Source: a virus. From it: a stretch of DNA of 64,000 bases. Position numbers and translations under genes: made by a program. Positions 60,155 to 64,000 of this stretch are shown here, piece after piece (within the stretch, counting starts at the first letter, position 1; the number at the start of each line of letters is the position of its first letter). The stretch spans positions 24,935-88,934 of IMG/VR virus record IMGVR_UViG_3300041809_000801. One strand, given 5' to 3'. A model generated the notes under the pieces. The model was not told the origin of the DNA. It saw nothing but the letters and a program-made list of their open reading frames with translations, and ran no database searches.

Positions 60155-60513
60155 AGCATTCGCATCCTGTCGTACTCTGGAAGCAACGGAAGAATTTCCT
60201 TCGCCATCTCGTAGAACATTGCGTAGTAACGGACTGGCGTTCCCCATGAGCCAAACTCATAGTGCCACGCGAAAGCAATGAGGTTTCCCAACTCCTGCTC
60301 CGTCATCCGGTTCATCCCCTCCCGCACAATTCCCCCGGCGATAAGCTTGCACTCACCGTCGTATTCATCAGAAGGGCAACCCATTTTCAAAAGCTGTTCG
60401 GGGTCGTATTTGTCTACGACCGGCTTGACCACGGCAATGATTTCTGCCTCAGTCCTTTGCATCTTTTCTGTCCAGTCAGCAAACCGCTGTTCGCGGGTCT
60501 TTTCGGTGCTCAT
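60151..60513 (-). CDS. DUF1871/YugE-like protein
   Basis: YDPEQLLKMGCPSDEYDGE motif; ATG 60513 lies 6 nt after TATCAT. Confidence 0.65.
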   Translation of the reverse strand: MSTEKTREQRFADWTEKMQRTEAEIIAVVKPVVDKYDPEQLLKMGCPSDEYDGECKLIAGGIVREGMNRMTEQELGNLIAFAWHYEFGSWGTPVRYYAMFYEMAKEILPLLPEYDRMRML

Positions 60514-60545
60514 ATTCACATGATACCTCAATCTAGTCATCGCCG

Positions 60546-60947
60546 TCATATTGATGCTTTTTTCAGATATTTTATGGCAGATTTTAGAATTGTGATGTCC
60601 TCCTGAGCCAGCCCAATAAACACATTGCATTTCATACAGAGCAGTCCTCGAACTCGATTTGTTGTATGACAATGGTCAAGTGCGGGGCCTCGTTTTCCTT
60701 TGACACTACCGGGACGAGCAACTGGTTTTTTACAGATGGCACAGCGCCCTTGTTGGTGTTCATAGAAGTAGTCCACCGTCCCCTTCTTTTGGTTGATGGC
60801 TCGTCTTCTCTTTTTGTCTCCAAAGCGGAGGGTGAGGTATGTTTCCACCTTTTTCTCTTCTTGTTTTGTGACTGGAATCCGCTTCTTTTTTGCTGCCCAC
60901 CGCAGTCGCATTTCTTCTTGCTTCTTGTCCAGATTTTCTCGATTCAT
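60546..60947 (-). CDS. Endonuclease VII-family (HNH-type) nuclease
   Basis: QQGRCAIC...LDHCHTTNRVRGLLCMKCNVFIG. Confidence 0.9.
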   Translation of the reverse strand: MNRENLDKKQEEMRLRWAAKKKRIPVTKQEEKKVETYLTLRFGDKKRRRAINQKKGTVDYFYEHQQGRCAICKKPVARPGSVKGKRGPALDHCHTTNRVRGLLCMKCNVFIGLAQEDITILKSAIKYLKKASI

Positions 60948-61095
60948 AGGGATTCCTCTACTATGATGTCAATAGTCAAATCCTTAATTATTTTTTTGCT
61001 GAAAATAAAGGGTTTAGTAGGTACAGTTCTCAAAATTTCCTCTTAAAACGTATGGAATCAGCAGTTTGAAGACCACACCCGTGTATAATAGAGAC

Positions 61096-61662
61096 ATGCG
61101 AATCGAACTGAAGAACAAGACGCATTATCGTGATGACCACATTCGAGCGTTCCTCGTCAAGGGGATTCAGACAGAACGTCCTGACCTGTGCAAACACGGG
61201 GCTCGGCCTATGCGTGTCATCGTTTCATACCGCCGCAACACGAGCGGGAGTTCAGGCTGTGCCTATCTTCATTCTCATTGGATGACAGTGCGGCTACCGA
61301 AGGACACCACCAAGATTGATAAGGTGGACTTCGCTCTCGTCATTGCTCATGAACTTGGTCACACACGAGGTCTTGACCATCGACGCATGAACTCGTGTGC
61401 CACTTACGGGAGAGTCGGTCGCTGGCGTGAAATCTATGCTTGGGCCGATGGACTCCCGTTGGAAGTCAAACCGAAAACCAGCAAGCGCAAACAGCCTGAT
61501 GCGAAACTGGAGCACTGCAAGCGGATGTTCAAAGCCGCATTGACGCGAGAGAAGAGAGCGACTACACTTCGCAAGAAGTGGGAAGCCAAGGTGAAGTATT
61601 ACACCAAGAGGGCGGCAACTCCGCCTTCGAAAGGGGACACTCATGTTGCAAGTGCGATTTGA
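61096..61662 (+). CDS. Zincin-like metallopeptidase (HExxH)
   Basis: VIAHELGHTRGLDH; ATG 61096 lies 6 nt after TATAAT. Confidence 0.7.
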   Translation: MRIELKNKTHYRDDHIRAFLVKGIQTERPDLCKHGARPMRVIVSYRRNTSGSSGCAYLHSHWMTVRLPKDTTKIDKVDFALVIAHELGHTRGLDHRRMNSCATYGRVGRWREIYAWADGLPLEVKPKTSKRKQPDAKLEHCKRMFKAALTREKRATTLRKKWEAKVKYYTKRAATPPSKGDTHVASAI

Positions 61663-61927
61663 TGACGCTACGAAGACGCGGTTGAAGACAGTGGCGAAGA
61701 GCAAACTGGTGTTGAAATGCCCGACGCACGCTCGTTACAACCCCGGAGAGGGACGCGGAGCCATCAAAGGCTGCTGTCCCGGCTGTGAGGCTGCACTGGA
61801 AGCCTACGAGGCTGTGTGTAATCTTCGTCAGGCTCTCGCTCGGTATTCCGTGCAGACCGAGAGATTTGAAACAGCGAAGCCTCGACAAAAGAAACCCAAA
61901 GCAACTTGCGTTGGAGCCGGAGCCTGA
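61643..61927 (+). CDS. Small Cys/His-rich hypothetical protein
   Basis: CPTHARYNP...CCPGC; AGGGG RBS. Confidence 0.65.
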   Translation: MLQVRFDDATKTRLKTVAKSKLVLKCPTHARYNPGEGRGAIKGCCPGCEAALEAYEAVCNLRQALARYSVQTERFETAKPRQKKPKATCVGAGA

Positions 61928-61943
61928 GGTATAGTTGACGAGT

Positions 61944-62035
61944 TGAGGTTCGGTGGTGTGACGTGGGTTCGGATTAGCCTCCTCTCCACAGAAGTGCTCA
62001 TACCACGCCGTGTAGCGCGGCCACTGCCAGCCTCA
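61944..62035 (+). ncRNA. Unidentified structured RNA A
   Basis: TGAGGTT/AGCCTCA and CGGTGGT/GCCACTG terminal helices, CGTGG/CCACG inner helix; TATAGT -10 at 61930-61935. Confidence 0.45.
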
Positions 62036-62113
62036 CAGAGTTTTCCACAGATTTTTTGAAATGAGTGGACAAAAAGACCAGAATCCGTGTATTATGGATT
62101 TACGTTCTTGAAT

Positions 62114-62240
62114 AGGAAAGCAACTGGCGGGTCACTCGGGGGGTAGTAGGGGAGCCACATCGCTTGCGATTGGAACAACTCCAGCCGAAGCCCAACATGA
62201 AGGCGGGTACTCCGTTTCCGTAGTTGCTTTCCTCCTTTTT
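62114..62240 (+). ncRNA. Unidentified structured RNA B
   Basis: Perfect 12-bp terminal helix AGGAAAGCAACT (62114-62125)/AGTTGCTTTCCT (62222-62233), then T-run; TGGACA-18-TATTAT upstream. Confidence 0.55.
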
Positions 62241-62282
62241 CTAAGCTGTTGCGAAAATAATCGCCAGTGAATGAAAAAGTCC

Positions 62283-62311
62283 TTGCAATTTTCCAACTTT
62301 TGGAGTATTAA
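62283..62311 (+). promoter_or_regulatory. Sigma70-like promoter of the tRNA operon
   Basis: TTGCAA-17 nt-TATTAA. Confidence 0.55.
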
Positions 62312-62331
62312 GTAAGAGAGTGAACAAAACC

Positions 62332-62454
62332 ATGACTATCCAGACCAACATCTCGACCTCCACCGTAGCGGCAGTAGCCGTCGTGGGCGTCGTCGCAGCC
62401 GCTGAAGCCGGTTGCGCGGGAGAGGATACCATGCCTCTGGAGGTCCAAGGATAA
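62332..62454 (+). CDS. Val/Ala/Gly-rich attenuator leader peptide (40 aa; not in ORF track)
   Basis: MTIQTNISTSTVAAVAVVGVVAAAEAGCAGEDTMPLEVQG*; last codons overlap the antiterminator arm. Confidence 0.75.
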   Translation: MTIQTNISTSTVAAVAVVGVVAAAEAGCAGEDTMPLEVQG

Positions 62455-62484
62455 GCGAAAGCGAAATCCGAACTTTCCAGAGGC
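62421..62484 (+). promoter_or_regulatory. Attenuator alternative helices (1:2 and 2:3 antiterminator)
   Basis: AGAGG(62421-25)/CCTCT(62434-38); GCCTCTGGA(62433-41)/TCCAGAGGC(62476-84), which overlaps the terminator 5' arm. Confidence 0.7.
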
Positions 62485-62513
62485 CAGCCGAAAAAGGCTG
62501 GCTTTTGATTTTT
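62479..62513 (+). terminator. Intrinsic terminator (attenuator 3:4) before first tRNA
   Basis: GCCAGCC-GAAAAA-GGCTGGC followed by TTTTGATTTTT. Confidence 0.85.
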
Positions 62514-62532
62514 GTAGCAAACAATTTGTTGT

Positions 62533-62610
62533 GCTCCGGTGGTGTGAGTGGCCTATACCGCCTCCCCTACAAGGAGGATTTCACAGGTTCGAATCCTGTC
62601 TGGAGCACCA
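62533..62610 (+). tRNA. tRNA-Val(TAC), atypical C33
   Basis: Acceptor GCTCCGG/CTGGAGC-A-CCA; anticodon arm CCTCC-CCTACAA-GGAGG; T arm ACAGG-TTCGAAT-CCTGT. Confidence 0.85.
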
Positions 62611-62612
62611 AT

Positions 62613-62688
62613 GCGGGAGTAGCTCAGTTGGTAGAGCGCAACCTTGCCAAGGTTGAGGTCGCGGGTTCGAATCCCACATCCCGCTCCA
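62613..62688 (+). tRNA. tRNA-Gly(GCC)
   Basis: GCGGGAGTAGCTCAGTTGGTAGAGC..CTTGCCAAG..GGTTCGAATCC..TCCCGCTCCA; two stem mismatches. Confidence 0.93.
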
Positions 62689-62703
62689 AGTTTCGGTATT
62701 AAG

Positions 62704-63312
62704 TTAGTGGGCTCGTCGTTCAGCGGGAGGACTACACGCTTGCACCGTGCCAACGAGAGTTCGAATCTCTCCGGGTCCACCAGATTTTAGATTTGTGTAC
62801 ATGCCATCATGGGCTGTGTAGTGTTCCTCTTCATGACAGGTTGGACACAGAATTTCAAGGTTTTCGGGTTTACCATTTTTTCGGTTACGGTCGATATGGT
62901 GTACTCGTAAAACAGGGATGTGGCGGTTGTAGCCACATCTGTTGCATCGGGCAGGATGGTGTCTAAATGCGATTTTTCTGTATTTAAGTTCTGACGTTCC
63001 ATAATGTTCAGGCTGAATCGCAGAGCAGTTACCGTCATCAATGCTTTGGGCTTTATTTTTACAGACGCGAGAGCAGAAACGCAGACCGCTCTTGGATTTT
63101 TTCAGATTGCTTTTGAACTTCTTGAAGGTAGTCTTGCAATAAACACAGGTTACTTCCACTGATTCACGACCCGGTTGGGCACAGGTCAGGGAACAAAATT
63201 TAAGCTTGTTGTGGGTGGAGCCATAGTAAGGTTCCTTGCAGTTTTCACAGTAACGCAAGTAAAGTCGGCGTTTCTTGCCATCTTTACATTTGGAGATAAT
63301 CTCCTTCTCCAT
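62704..63312 (-). CDS. HNH homing endonuclease inserted antisense in the tRNA array
   Basis: FCSLTC, FCSRVC, CNRCG..VHHIDRNRKN....NLEILCPTCHEEEH; ATG 63312 with GAGG. Confidence 0.88.
   Translation of the reverse strand: MEKEIISKCKDGKKRRLYLRYCENCKEPYYGSTHNKLKFCSLTCAQPGRESVEVTCVYCKTTFKKFKSNLKKSKSGLRFCSRVCKNKAQSIDDGNCSAIQPEHYGTSELKYRKIAFRHHPARCNRCGYNRHIPVLRVHHIDRNRKNGKPENLEILCPTCHEEEHYTAHDGMYTNLKSGGPGEIRTLVGTVQACSPPAERRAH
62709..62782 (+). tRNA. tRNA-Ala(TGC)
   Basis: Acceptor GGGCTCG/CGGGTCC-A-CCA with G3:U70; anticodon loop CTTGCAC. Confidence 0.9.
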
Positions 63313-63377
63313 GGTGTGTGCCTCGCTTATGTAAGATAGGTACTCACTAAGGGGTTTGATATTTGACAATTTTAGTT

Positions 63378-63706
63378 TGCACTGGAACTGGACAATCGCG
63401 ACGTGGCGCAATACCACTTCGAGGAAGTTCGGGACTCCATAGGACAGCATGTAGGGTAACGCCCTAGCAGTTGGCGGCTTAACCGCCGTCGATTGACGAT
63501 TAGAGCAACAGAGACGAGCCGATTTAATTCGGGTGAAACGGGCAATCTCCATGTGGAGCAATTCCAAATAGGCCGTGAGACTTGTGTCCGAGTCGTTATC
63601 AAGCGGCGGGTTGGGAGCTAGAGCCAGACGGTAACGGCTGGCCGAGACGAATGATTGTGCATGAGGGAAACCTCAAGACAGAATCCCGGCTATAGGTTCC
63701 AGTGCA
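63378..63706 (+). ncRNA. rnpB: RNase P RNA (bacterial type A-like, lacking P13/P14)
   Basis: P1 TGCACTGGAAC/GTTCCAGTGCA; P4 GAGGAAGTTCGGGA...ACAGAATCCCGGCTATA; GCAACAGAGA, GGGTGAAACGG, GGAGCAA..AAATAGG, GCTAGAG, P18 GCCAG..CTGGC, AGACGAATGATTGT. Confidence 0.93.
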
Positions 63707-63781
63707 TTAAGCGGGGTGACACCTTCCATGGCGAAAGCCAAAAGTGGTGTGGCACAACGGAGAGGACGTTGAGATTTTTGA

Positions 63782-63855
63782 GCGAGGTTGGTATATGGGT
63801 TGTGCCCAGTCCTTCCAAGTCTGAGAAAGGGGTTCGAGTCCCCTACCTCGCTCCA
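63782..63855 (+). tRNA. tRNA-Gly(TCC)
   Basis: GCGAGGT/ACCTCGC-T-CCA; anticodon loop CTTCCAA; AGGGG-TTCGAGT-CCCCT. Confidence 0.9.
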
Positions 63856-63979
63856 AGCTTAGGTGCCGTGTTCACCACCGTCTAGTAGCTTCGCTGTGGT
63901 GGCGAAGTGAAAAACGGGGGCGGAAGCGGCTCCGGTGGAGGGTGGGCTTAACCAGCCCACCAACCCGAACGGTGTTATA

Positions 63980-64000
63980 GGCGCGGTACCCAAGTGGTAA
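63980..64000 (+). tRNA. 5' fragment of a further tRNA (Cys-like D arm), truncated by window edge
   Basis: GGCGCGG-TA-CCCAAGTGGTAA; anticodon not visible, so identity is a guess. Confidence 0.55.

Noticed and set aside
62114-62240. SRP (4.5S) RNA or tmRNA call for RNA B
   Set aside because: No SRP helix-8 motif and no tRNA-like ends.
62561-62577. Reading the first tRNA as an amber suppressor (CTA in loop)
   Set aside because: The 5-bp stem leaves the 7-nt loop CCTACAA with TAC centred and an A73 discriminator, fitting Val. Genes here end normally in TAG, so there is no sign of recoding.
62412-63885. ORF-track frames 62412-62702, 62553-62780, 63372-63602, 63655-63885 and the upstream extension of the HNH ORF to 63567
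   Set aside because: They overlie tRNAs and RNase P RNA and are shadows of structured RNA.
63856-63979. HDV-like (theta) ribozyme after tRNA-Gly
   Set aside because: A P1-like pairing exists, but I could not build P3/L3/P1.1; kept only as an unidentified structure.
1-64000. CRISPR array, DGR template/variable repeats, integrase or IS element
   Set aside because: No regularly spaced DNA repeats, reverse transcriptase, recombinase or transposase motifs seen; the repeats present are mostly protein-level.

Overview
Segment of a large contractile-tailed (myovirus-like, probably jumbo) bacteriophage genome using the standard genetic code. 1-53.5 kb is a mostly minus-strand virion module: multi-domain proteins that may be packaged or ejected (ParB-like+methyltransferase, NUDIX), an AdoMetDC-like proenzyme, Dps, baseplate wedge/J/hub/spike candidates, Ig-repeat fibres, an SLT protein, tape measure and putative tail chaperones. 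Small plus-strand islands interrupt it, one carrying a GH108 endolysin. 53.7-59.6 kb is a replication/nucleotide module (DnaB-like helicase, DUF1376-like initiator, class II ribonucleotide reductase) with free-standing GIY-YIG endonucleases. 61.9-64 kb is an RNA-gene island. It holds two unidentified structured RNAs, tRNA-Val/Gly/Ala/Gly plus a truncated tRNA, an antisense HNH gene and a phage-encoded RNase P RNA. The most notable find is upstream of the tRNA array: a 40-codon leader ORF missed by the ORF track, with a run of Val/Ala/Gly(/Cys) codons matching the downstream tRNAs, overlapping mutually exclusive antiterminator/terminator hairpins. This looks like a ribosome-stalling attenuator that would switch on phage tRNAs when the cognate host tRNAs run short. 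All functional calls come from reading motifs by eye; no searches were run.
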